Positions 54,232 through 64,000 of a stretch of 64,000 nucleotides of DNA are shown here, one piece after another. The position numbers were made by a program, and so were the translations under genes. The notes below the pieces were generated by a model. The model was not told the origin of the DNA. It saw only the letters and a list, made by a program, of their open reading frames with translations, and searched no databases. The stretch is from Lingula anatina (Eukaryota > Animalia > Brachiopoda). The stretch spans positions 22,678,225 to 22,742,224 of the forward strand of contig CM120640.1 of NCBI GenBank assembly GCA_051362555.1. Direction: 5' to 3'. Position 1 is the first letter of the stretch, and each line of letters opens with the position of its first letter.

Positions 54232-56364
54232 TCAACTTGCCTGATTTGGCCTTTGATGAAACTGCACAAAATGTGACATGAAATCAAACTTGTCGTTGCA
54301 AACTCTGCCACAAAAGTTACACCTCCAAGGATTCTGGCTGTCATGCTGTGACTTATGCAAAAGAAACATGGCATATTCCATAAAAAGAATAGAACAGTGA
54401 CCACAGCGGAAGACACGTCCTCTGGAAATAAGCTGGTGTAATAGCTGGTCATCTGTGGGCTCCTGTGTGGTAGATGAGATTCGAGCAGACTCGCGTGAAC
54501 TCATATTGTCCCGATCTGTGGCATCGTGGTCATCTGCAGACAGGGACCCTGCAGAATTGGCTGGATCCTGCATGCCAAGGAGATGGATGGAACTTTGGAC
54601 AGCGGAACTGGACAGCTGTCCAGGGCTTTGTATGGACACTGATGGAAGACGTGCTGGTACATCATCCTTCTGTTGCTCTGACCCCATTGCTTTAGCTTCA
54701 GCATCCCTCTGGATTGATTCTGGACTCTGAAGTTGTGGACAGCGGAGTTCAGAAGTTGTAGAGCTTAGATTCTGTGTGTAGGCTGATAAAGATGGACTGG
54801 AAAACACTGGTGAGGAACCAAGAGAGGGTTGATTCAGTGACATCGGTGGCAGTGGTGGTGGTGGCCCTTGGCTCTGTGGAAACAAAAACCCAGGCATTAA
54901 GGTTGACACAGGTGGAAGTGTCTGGGGCCCAGACCAGAATGGGATGGTGCTTGTTGCCGTGGTAAATATCTTCCCATGCAATTCAGTAATATGGTTTTGT
55001 AAATGTGAATTCTGAAAGGTACTGTATGGACAATATGGACAAACCAAAGCCTTCTCTCCACTATGAGTACGCTCATGCCGGCGACAAGTGGAATGCTGAG
55101 AGAACATCTTGCCACACACATTGCACTTGTATGGGGTTTCTCCAGTGTGGGTTCTCTGGTGGACCACTAGGTTGTGTTTCAGAGCAGTACGATATGGGCA
55201 ACGATTGCAGTTGAATACCTTAGCCTTTTCCCCTTGGTGAGTCAGCATGTGGGTTTTCAGGCTGTAGCTAAAATTAGTGGAGAAAGGGCACTTGTCACAT
55301 TTATGTTTCTTTGGCATATACATGGCTGGAGGAGCTTTTTGAATGATGTGCATGGCAGCTGGTACTTGCTCTTCTTTTTTGTCGTCACCATTTTCTTCAT
55401 CCTTCTGTGGCTGTTCTGACGGACCTGGTTCTGACATATCTTCAGGTTCAATATGGTGTACTTGATCCCCATTTTCATCCAGAACCACTTCATTTCTCAG
55501 CTCCCCCTCGTTCCTCCAACTAGCACTGTATTTGGAATACATGTAATCGATGGGTTCCACTTTCACTGCCTCTTTGTTCCCACCATCCCCTAATGGGTTG
55601 GATACTTCAGAGGAAACATGGGTCGACTGCTGTGGAAGAGTAGGTTCAGCAACAGTGGTTCTCAGATCCATAGCATCAACAGGGAAGAGCTCAGGTGGAC
55701 TGTTGTGTTCCTGTGTTGTAAGGGTTTGTTCTTGGCCCATCTCTGGGGTGTTTTCCACACTCATTCCAGGCACTTGGTCATTAGATTCTGACCCACCAGA
55801 AGGGGACAGGTTATCTAAATTTTGATGGTTCTCCCCATTTTCACTGTCCTGGTCTAGGGAACTACTTTCTCTCCTCATACTACTGTGATTGGCACCAGGC
55901 AAACCTATCATAGATGGCACTCCAGTCTTTTCAAAGCCTGGTGTCAGCATGCTAGGCATCCCTGGAAATAGAGAGCCATGCATCTCTTGGACATGTTTCT
56001 GCACATTAACAATGCGGAATGCACTGTATGAACAGTAGGGGCACCTATGGGGTTTCGGCTGATGGCCAGTGTGAATCCTCTCATGTCTTCTTACAGTAGA
56101 AGCCTGTGAGAACCTCTTGCCACAGATATCACACTTGTAAGGAAGTTCTCCTGTGTGAGTCCTCTGGTGGACAACTAGGTTGTAACGATGAAGAGTTCGA
56201 TAGTTACAAAGACTACATTCATACACCCCACTCGCTTCTGCTTCATGTGTTTCTTGGTGGGTTCTAAGGTGATGGGCATGGGCAGTGGTAAAGGAACACT
56301 TTTCACACTTATACACCATGGTACCATTTGCATTCATCATCTCTCTATTGTGTGATTCATCCAT
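54232..56364 (-). CDS. C2H2 zinc-finger transcription factor of Ikaros/Hunchback/Pegasus architecture (4+4 fingers plus C-terminal finger pair), ~710 aa
   Basis: Single long coding exon after the acceptor at 56374-56376; first Met at 56364. HTGE linkers. C-terminal FRCGHCSILFMEYAMFLLHKSQHDSQNPWRCNFCG...DKFDFMSHF matches the Ikaros/Hunchback dimerisation-finger pattern. Long 3'UTR, probably to ~50150. Confidence 0.88.
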   Translation of the reverse strand: MDESHNREMMNANGTMVYKCEKCSFTTAHAHHLRTHQETHEAEASGVYECSLCNYRTLHRYNLVVHQRTHTGELPYKCDICGKRFSQASTVRRHERIHTGHQPKPHRCPYCSYSAFRIVNVQKHVQEMHGSLFPGMPSMLTPGFEKTGVPSMIGLPGANHSSMRRESSSLDQDSENGENHQNLDNLSPSGGSESNDQVPGMSVENTPEMGQEQTLTTQEHNSPPELFPVDAMDLRTTVAEPTLPQQSTHVSSEVSNPLGDGGNKEAVKVEPIDYMYSKYSASWRNEGELRNEVVLDENGDQVHHIEPEDMSEPGPSEQPQKDEENGDDKKEEQVPAAMHIIQKAPPAMYMPKKHKCDKCPFSTNFSYSLKTHMLTHQGEKAKVFNCNRCPYRTALKHNLVVHQRTHTGETPYKCNVCGKMFSQHSTCRRHERTHSGEKALVCPYCPYSTFQNSHLQNHITELHGKIFTTATSTIPFWSGPQTLPPVSTLMPGFLFPQSQGPPPPLPPMSLNQPSLGSSPVFSSPSLSAYTQNLSSTTSELRCPQLQSPESIQRDAEAKAMGSEQQKDDVPARLPSVSIQSPGQLSSSAVQSSIHLLGMQDPANSAGSLSADDHDATDRDNMSSRESARISSTTQEPTDDQLLHQLISRGRVFRCGHCSILFMEYAMFLLHKSQHDSQNPWRCNFCGRVCNDKFDFMSHFVQFHQRPNQAS

Positions 56365-57070
56365 TGGATTATTCTGAAAGTAGACAAGACAGGGATGAAA
56401 CAAAGTATAGGTTATGTTACACAATCAGACCAACAGTACAAAACATTCCCCTTAAAGCCAATTTTTACACAACATAGTTAAATTATTCTGAACTCTGTTG
56501 CTAAATATCTTTCAGTTCAATTCTTTTCATCTAAATTGGCTGAGCCAATCTAGCTCATACTTTTGAATTTAATATCCTCATTTCACATAATGCTTTTACA
56601 TCTTTAAAATATGCATATTGAAATACAAAGGCTAATTTTATTTTACAAATAAAGCATTAAAAGGCTAATTTACCATAATAGTATTCAAAATAGTTTTTAC
56701 CTATTATTGCATTATTTCCTACATCAAATTATCTCTCTATTCAAACTCCATTTAAATATGTCCAGAAAAACGTTTTGCCACAAAATTTTCAGCAATTTTG
56801 CCAACTTCAACAAACTGTCAAAATAAAGCAATTGTTGGACTGTCTACTTATCAGCAAAGACGGTAAACTTGACACTGTAAAGATGTTATCTGGGTCACTG
56901 AAAATCAAAACAAGGTCAACCACTTGCTCATCGAGGTCATTTAGTACACTGCATGAAAACCTTTTAATTTCTAACAAAATCAAGATGCAAACACTCTAAT
57001 ATCAACAACCGTTTGGTCCTTCATATATTCATGAGTTTGCTTAATGTGTCATAGTAGTATAACAACTCAC

Positions 57071-57156
57071 CTTTTAGAAGAAATCCTCTGTAATTTTGCA
57101 GTCCACATTGTTTAGAAATAACAACCATGCTTTGTTTAATTTGATCCGATTAATTC
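57071..57156 (-). other. Probable non-coding 5'UTR exon of the zinc-finger gene
   Basis: tttttcag acceptor and AAG|gtgagt donor on the - strand; a stop in the frame of the main ORF. Confidence 0.45.
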
Positions 57157-57468
57157 CTGAAAAAGGAAATCGAGATATGATTTTTTTCATTCTTAATTTG
57201 ATATGAGAATATTTATTTTTCGTATTCTTAGAAAAGCATGTGTATTGTTATTATCTTATCTTGAGATTTAAATGAATAACTATACCTTATTTGTAATTTT
57301 TTTTGTATATATTTAGATATTTTTGGAAAAGGGGGAACCAGTCCAAGAAAGGTCATCTGCGCTACTGGTATGCGCAGACAAATGCTATGAAGAAACGATT
57401 CACGAAATGATGTCTTAGCTGCAAAGAGCAATACGTCGTATAGATAAACTCCGGAAAAAATAATTATT

Positions 57469-58597
57469 ATGTCTAAAAGAAAAGAAGACAATCCGCTCGC
57501 AGGAGGTAAGGTTATTATTTAGATCTACGGTATATCGATTAAAGAAAAATAACCTGTCAACCTGTTATCGGCTGCGCCGGTGACTCAAAGCCAAAGCTTC
57601 AAGCGAAGACTGAATACTAGTAGTGACTGTTGACTGCCCGCGGTATGACAGAGAACATGGCATAAACAGGCCAGCAAAGAGTGAAAAGACCGTATTTTTT
57701 AACAACATTTAGGGCATATACGAAAAAAGACTTATGAATGCATGCAATGAAAAATGAAAGAAGACCAAATTCGACTTCTGATTCAGTTACTTTAAGTGCG
57801 CCCCCTTTAAGTGTGGTGATGTACACTCTAAATTACACATCATTTACACATTTAAGTACTAGATGACTCATGGTACCAGTAGGACTGACACAAGCTTAGA
57901 CACTGTAACTCAAACTTCCAAGAAACTTCAATGTTACACTTTCATGTATTATTAGGCTTCTATACTGGTGCATTTGTACTAGTAATGCAGGCATGAAAGG
58001 TAAATCTATGACTGGGTTCCCATACCTCGATGGATCTAACAGGACTGATCCGTCTCCAAGGGGTGTCTCTCTAAATTGCTTTCAGCTTAAGCAGCTTAGA
58101 TGTCTGACACGCCTACTGAAGCTGCTAAACAATAATTAATTACCTCCTATCGGCTTCAGTAGGCGTGACAGACAGACATCTAAGCTTAAGTTGATTGCAA
58201 TTTAGTGAGAAACCCCTTGGAGGTAGATCAATCCATAGTTAGTAGGATAGGGTCTGGGAATGGTGCCTATGATGCATGAACACCAGGAGCCGTTAAAATC
58301 CAGAAACCATTTGTCCTAATTAAGGATACTTATCTCTAAAACAAATATATGTCCACATGGGATACTTCATTTTTATTGTGGACAGAAAACAAAAGGTCAT
58401 GCCATACTCTTTTCCATGCACAGATGCAGTATGGTATAGATTACAGTGTGGTTTAATTTATTCTTGACCCAAAGTTTTACACAAACTTTACCTGATCAAT
58501 TTTTCATCTGTTTTGCATAAAGTTTTGTTTGTACTTTATCAGATATTTTGCATACTTGAAGTGAGACGGACCAGTATATGTAAGAATAATTCAAAAT

Positions 58598-58644
<47 letters not shown>

Positions 58645-61600
58645 CACAGGAAATATGAAAATTGACATATTTAGTTAAATTTTAAGAGGATTGGGTGAAG
58701 AGCTTTTGAGATACAGAACAACCAAAGTAACATAGGAATTATGAGTTTAATTTGAAGTTTGTTGTTGTTGAGGTTAGAGGGGATGGGTCACATTGGCTGC
58801 TTTCAGTGAAAAATATTGTGAAATAATGAATACAGTTACTTTCAGCACTTGGAAGGAGACCTCGGCATAATCGAAACTTAAGTCGTGATGATGTAAGTAA
58901 CCAGGCAAGGATTTTAGCCAGTCACTTCATTCATGACCGCTTGCAACAGGATGGTGCTGAAAATGTACCAGATGAGGGGGAGGTGATGCCTCCTGGAACT
59001 CCAACAGGTAACACTTTGCTATTTCATGTTATGGATGTTGAAAATTGTGTTGATGGAGTAATGCACATGTGGGCTTTATCATTAATTGATCAATTAATTA
59101 ATTAATTACCCTGAATTTTCTACCAAGATGCACAAAATCAGTTTTGAGGTAAGTCCTCAGAAGTCAAGACACCATCATTTTGAAGGATTTCAAAAGCCCA
59201 ATGTCATGAAGCTTATATTGGATATGTTTGGGATTGGTGGGAATATGCCATTTCAATTTTTTAAAATTTTATTCACAAAGAACTTCTTTGGCTGTAGAGG
59301 GATTGACAAAATGCTTTATATTTCATTCTTTGAGTAATGATTTCAAACTGGCTTGGCAATTATGGTTGCACATCATTTTAAACCCTCTGTCTTTTTTTTT
59401 CCATTATCTGAAAGACTACAACTGTTTATTTGAATTACTGTAGACATTAACAAATAAAGACGTATTAAATGAATGCATTTATCAACTATAATGTCATAAA
59501 CCAGCAAAGTTTTATGCAATGCTATGTACATTATCTTGTATGCTTTAGGTCCACCTATTGAAAGGATACGTGAAGTTGCTGCTACGATAAGAACAATTGG
59601 TGATGAATTAGATGGTGACACGCAACTTCAGAAGTAAGTTTCTTTTTAAAGATTATGACAGTTTATGCAGACTACAGAGGCTAACTGATGTACACCTATT
59701 AAATGAAATTGAAAACGCACCATGTGTCTTACAGCTGCTGTAGGTTAAGATGGGCAGTAAATGTAATTAAAGAAACTGAAGATATCGGAAAACAATTGTC
59801 CCCAGAGAATAATAGCACTATTTTGTCTTTTCAGTGCAATTAGTCGTATTCCTCAAGATTGCCCACGTGACTCTTTTATGAGGGTTGCCAGGACTATATT
59901 TCAAGATGGGATCAACTGGGGAAGAATCGTAGCGTTATTTTATTTTGCATACAAATTAGCTGCCAGGGTAAGGAACAAGCTTCAGTTATCCTTGTTTCTC
60001 GTATTGTATTTATGCAAAGAAACTTAGTCTGTACTGATTTTGAATATTTTCTGCTTAAGCCATATCAGGGATGAAAAAAGTTTTAAAATACTGAACAATT
60101 TACACTTTGCATAAAAATATTGTGAAATGGGTTATAACTAATGCGAGTTGTATTTCCATGTGACAATGAACTCTTTTGTTATAATTTTTGTTTATTTTCT
60201 TTTTCATTTATCTGTATTGTTTATTTATATGTTAATTATTCCTTAAAAGATAACATTGGTATAATATGAGTTCATACAATAATGAGTTTCATTTCAGGCT
60301 GTTGACAAGTTGAGTTTTATAAAGAGAATCATAGAATGGGTGGTAGAGTTTATCAAAGATTTTGTGGCAGAATGGATAATAGGCAGAGGTGGCTGGGTGA
60401 GTTGATAACAATTATGATTTTTCATTATTTTAAGTACAATTTAACCAAGTGTCAGTGGAGCATGGATTCTCAGTAACCCATATATACCACTTCTACTACT
60501 TTCTTATGCAACAAAAATAAAGTCAACATGCCAAGGGATAAACCTGGATCAGCCATAAAAGAGCTTTAAACTACACCTTCAAATTTTTGGTCAGAAATTT
60601 GGCCTACTTATCAGACCTTCTTATCTGCCCTGTTTATATACAGCACAAAAAGCAAGCAGAAAAATCTGTTAGGGTAATATGTAAGGATATCCTTTGGTAT
60701 TTCTCTGATCATTACTATTACTATTTGAAACTACATGCTGGCATTTGGTTGGCTTTTGTGGTTAAAAATATACTTCAAATGCATCTTTAAGACATGTCAT
60801 TGGTGTATATGCAATTAACCATCTGAAAATGTTTTGTTTAGTTACTTTAAATAAACAATGTTTCTTTAAAATGCACTTCATGTGTTTTAGATTTGTGGAA
60901 AAAAAGACCATCACTTAAGGGGCCCGCACACGGTGAGCATTTGGCGCGCGCCACTTGCGCTGCGCCGTTTTCTCATCGTGTGCGGGGGTATTTTGGTGAG
61001 ATTTTTGCCTCACGCGCGGCTGAGCAAAATTTCTCACGTGTTTGATTTTTTTGGTCTCTTGAGACAAATGTCTCACCGTGTGCGGGGTGCAAGCGCCGAT
61101 TGCTCACGCCATGCTAACAATGCGTATGTGCCAGTAGCCGGAAACGAACAAAAATGGCAGCCCCCAGCGAAGTCAACAAAAATGTACACAGTTATAGTTA
61201 GTCTGATTGATTAACGTGGTCACCATTATCCATTACTATCAGAAAAAACAACAATATGTAATGTTTCCTTAAACACATGATCCCACAGTTCACAGTGCGT
61301 CCGCTAGGGGCAGGCCGGGAGGCATCTCTGCTGAGCAAAGAGCGCATCGTTTGCGGGGAGCTGAGGAGCGCGAGCATCTGGCGCAGCGCAAATGGCGCGC
61401 GCCGAATGCTCACCGTGTGCGGGCCCCTTTACTCACCTTTTTGCTTATACTTTTTTTACCGCTAAACTTACCTTGGACTTAAAATTATGCCTGTGTTATA
61501 GTAATGTAATCTGAAGCAAGGATAGATAATTCATTAGTTTCTTTTTTTCCATGGCACAGGAGTCGGTTGTTGAATATCTTGGTACACCCACCATACAGGC

Positions 61601-61664
61601 AGCAGGTGTGATGTTAGCAGGATTCCTGGCTGTATTATACTTTGTGTGGTGGAAGTCCCGATAG
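57469..61664 (+). CDS. BAX: Pro-apoptotic Bcl-2 family protein, BAX-like; ~206 aa, 6 exons
   Basis: Exons 57469-57505, 58846-59007, 59549-59633, 59835-59967, 60298-60396, 61560-61664 (621 nt, phases consistent). BH3 IRTIGDELD; BH1 [20 protein letters not shown]; BH2 WIIGRGGWE; YLGTPT followed by a hydrophobic tail ending WWKSR. Confidence 0.9.
58043..58234. mobile_element. Foldback core of the recurrent MITE family, in BAX intron 1
   Basis: ctccaagggg...ctaaattgc...gcttagatgtctg..cacgcctactgaagc pairs with gcttcagtaggcgtg...cagacatctaagc...gcaatttag...ccccttggag; similar to ~6585-6785. Confidence 0.7.
58599..58644. repeat. Poly-T tract
   Basis: Direct reading. Confidence 0.9.
60918..61428. 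mobile_element. Young GC/CpG-rich PIF/Harbinger-type MITE in the last BAX intron
   Basis: tta|aggggcccgcacacggtgagcatt ... aatgctcaccgtgtgcgggcccct|tta; ~50-bp TIR with few mismatches; TTA duplication; internal copies of the cgtgtgcgggg terminal motif. Confidence 0.9.
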
Positions 61665-63321
61665 CAGTTCACAAATTCCTCTCTATAAAACTTTATGTAC
61701 TTCCACTTATCTTCAAACTTAACCTGACTTAATTTTATTTATTTTTGTTTAATTATTTTATTATTACTATTTTTTGTACTGAAAATTATTAAACAACTAA
61801 ATATGTATGCACTTCCTTAGGATTTAATCTGCATTTTTGTTTTTCACTCTCAAAGGTTTTGTCTGAATGTCAGTGAGCTTGCGGCTCTATTAAGCAGTTA
61901 CCTGTGAAAAGCAAAATTATGGAGTTGGTCCTAAAAACTGCTCATTTATTTTTTAAAAATAACATCAGGTGAAACAATTACAATGTAGCAATGTAACAGC
62001 TGTTTGGATAGGTTAGTATGTCACTGAAGTAGGAGCATAATAACTGTCTCAGGATGCTGAAAAACCTGGATGCTATTTCCATATATAGCATTGATTAATG
62101 GATTTAAGGGTGCAGAGTTTTCAGCATGTTATGAATTTGGTATTATTATGTTGTGTTCATGTTCTTCCAAATATTGTGATAAACAAATTTTGTCAGAGAT
62201 GTGTAATTTTAATTTCAAGATACAGTATGGCTACATATTCCACAGCAATAGATATGGATAATAAATCATTCTTAGTTTCTGTTGTTATAAGATGGTGTAA
62301 CATCTGTATCAGATGTGTTTCAAGTAACCTGGTTACAACAATTTAAGTAGAATTATATACAAGTAATTATTGGTGCTTTTTGTAACCATTTTAAGCAGTT
62401 TTTCATTGAAAGTTCACTTAAAAAAAGAGTTTATTGTGCTTTCCTGAGTTGAGTTTTGATGTGTTAAAGTTTCTTATAAATTGTGCAGTTTCATAATTTT
62501 TTCATACATCTGGGAAATCATTGTGAAAGTTTTTGGGACAAATACTTGCTTATGTTACCTAAAGTTCATGAGTTTAATCTCTTTTTTTTTTTTTTTTTTT
62601 TGCAGTATTCATTAACAGGAACTCAAACCACACTAGGAAACACTGCCTCAGGACTTTTTGACAAGTTTTATAAAGATAAGATTAATGATGCATATATGCG
62701 ATGAGTTTAATTACTTGTTTAGATTTAATAAAAGTAGAATAAAAATTGTTTTTAGTCATTCAACTGTCACAATAATTTTTTCAAGTATTTTGAGTTACAT
62801 ATGGTGCTTTGAAATGAATTGGCTACTTCTTAATATACATTTAAAATAGAATTGCTGATATAGAATGAGTTATTGATTGCCTGCAGTCGAAGTTGATTTT
62901 GCTGAGGGAATTTTTTTCTTTGCTGAAGAATTTATTTGCATTTTATGTCTGTTGATATTAATGTCAACCTCATGCGTCATAGTTTTTATTATGGCCTACA
63001 TTGTAAGTGTTGTTATTTACATAAAACATGTTGACTAACTACTTGTTCCCTGGTTCCATCTTTGAAAGAATGCGTGCATTTAATGTACAGTTAGCACACT
63101 TTGTCTAATTATATTCTCAATAAAACAAATTTGCTTATGATTTTTTGTACTCTAGTCATTCAGAGTGCTGCGTAGTGCCATTTAATTTTGAAACCAATAA
63201 CTTGTAGATAATATAATACCCTGCTGTTAAGTTTCTAATGATTGCAAAATGAAGGGCAGAAGTTTAGATAAGGCTTGGGCGAATAATATTATAGCCCACA
63301 TCCTTCATTCCAAAGAGTTTT

Positions 63322-63999
63322 CTATCCCACTAATATGTGCTCAAACAAAATGAAGTATCTTTCGTAAAGAGTTTCAATATCGTCTGCACTGCTTATTACG
63401 TAAACTGGGATTTGAAGAGATTGAAATATTTCGGAAACGGCAGTTTTAAAGAAGATGCTAGCTTTCTCTTCAAATATCGCTCTAGTCGCTGACACAACAG
63501 GTAGGGATTCAATTTCCATCTTAAGGTGCGTCATAGAAGTCCCGCATTCAGCCTCCAAAACTTTAGCAATCATTTGTTCATAATGTTGCATTGCAAAAAC
63601 TCTATTTACGGTTGGCAGGTCTATCATTTGCTGGCGCACGTCACCTTGTTCTAGTGCTTTACGAAAAGAGGAAGCCCATGAAGTTTCTCTTTTCGTGAGT
63701 GCAACGCCGCGCGCGCATTCCTCGAAGGAAACTTGAAATGCTTTACGCAATATCTCATTAGTGGAAATGCTGACCTCAAGTTTCACACAAAAATAGTCAA
63801 TAATCCATGCTGCTGTCGAAAAAGATACTCGAAAGTCTACCATTTTTTCGGCACTGTAACCGATCAACATTTCAAGTTCGGGGGAGCAGTGTGAACTTGA
63901 ACGGCCAAAACTCGTACCCAGTTCTGTTTCCGCCATTTGCGTAAAAATCTCTAACAAACAATCAGATAATGTCAATACAGCGTGTAACTTATCCCAGGT
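63322..63999 (-). CDS. 3' part of an unidentified protein-coding exon (>=225 codons), truncated by the window edge
   Basis: The frame stays open from the window edge (TWDKLHAVLTLSDC...) to TAG at 63322; composition looks globular/helical; no family recognised. Confidence 0.6.
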   Translation of the reverse strand, partial: TWDKLHAVLTLSDCLLEIFTQMAETELGTSFGRSSSHCSPELEMLIGYSAEKMVDFRVSFSTAAWIIDYFCVKLEVSISTNEILRKAFQVSFEECARGVALTKRETSWASSFRKALEQGDVRQQMIDLPTVNRVFAMQHYEQMIAKVLEAECGTSMTHLKMEIESLPVVSATRAIFEEKASIFFKTAVSEIFQSLQIPVYVISSADDIETLYERYFILFEHILVG

Positions 64000-64000
64000 A

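Noticed and set aside
54455-55825. + strand and alternate-frame ORFs within the zinc-finger exon
   Set aside because: Shadow ORFs of a GC-richer coding exon.
57200-58000. p53 response element near BAX
   Set aside because: Only isolated, mismatched RRRCWWGYYY half-sites were seen; no paired site.

Overview
Intron-rich, AT-rich animal DNA, probably a lophotrochozoan-type invertebrate (inferred from gene structure, CpG-poor gene bodies and MITE families; not proven). Five host genes can be assembled by hand from splice signals: TRAF6 (+), ACSS3-like acyl-CoA synthetase (-), FKBP4/5-like immunophilin (+, two alternative last exons), an Ikaros/Hunchback-type C2H2 zinc-finger gene (-) and a BAX-like Bcl-2 family gene (+, absent from the ORF track). 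The 3' part of an unidentified ORF lies at the right edge. ACSS3/FKBP and ZNF/BAX are head-to-head pairs, and the FKBP promoter has a perfect three-pentamer heat-shock element. The most striking structure is a three-level nested transposon stack in the first coding intron of TRAF6. A TTAA-flanked Kolobok-like element (8658-16227) contains a Sola-like DD40D transposon (9976-15412; 28-bp TIRs, apparent 3-bp TAA duplication). Its transposase is split by a 283-bp CCC...GGG MITE (13339-13621, TT duplication), and removing the MITE restores one continuous 800-aa frame. Several more MITEs, a 27-bp minisatellite and simple repeats are present. No tRNA, rRNA or CRISPR array was recognised. All coordinates were read by eye and may be off by a few bases.
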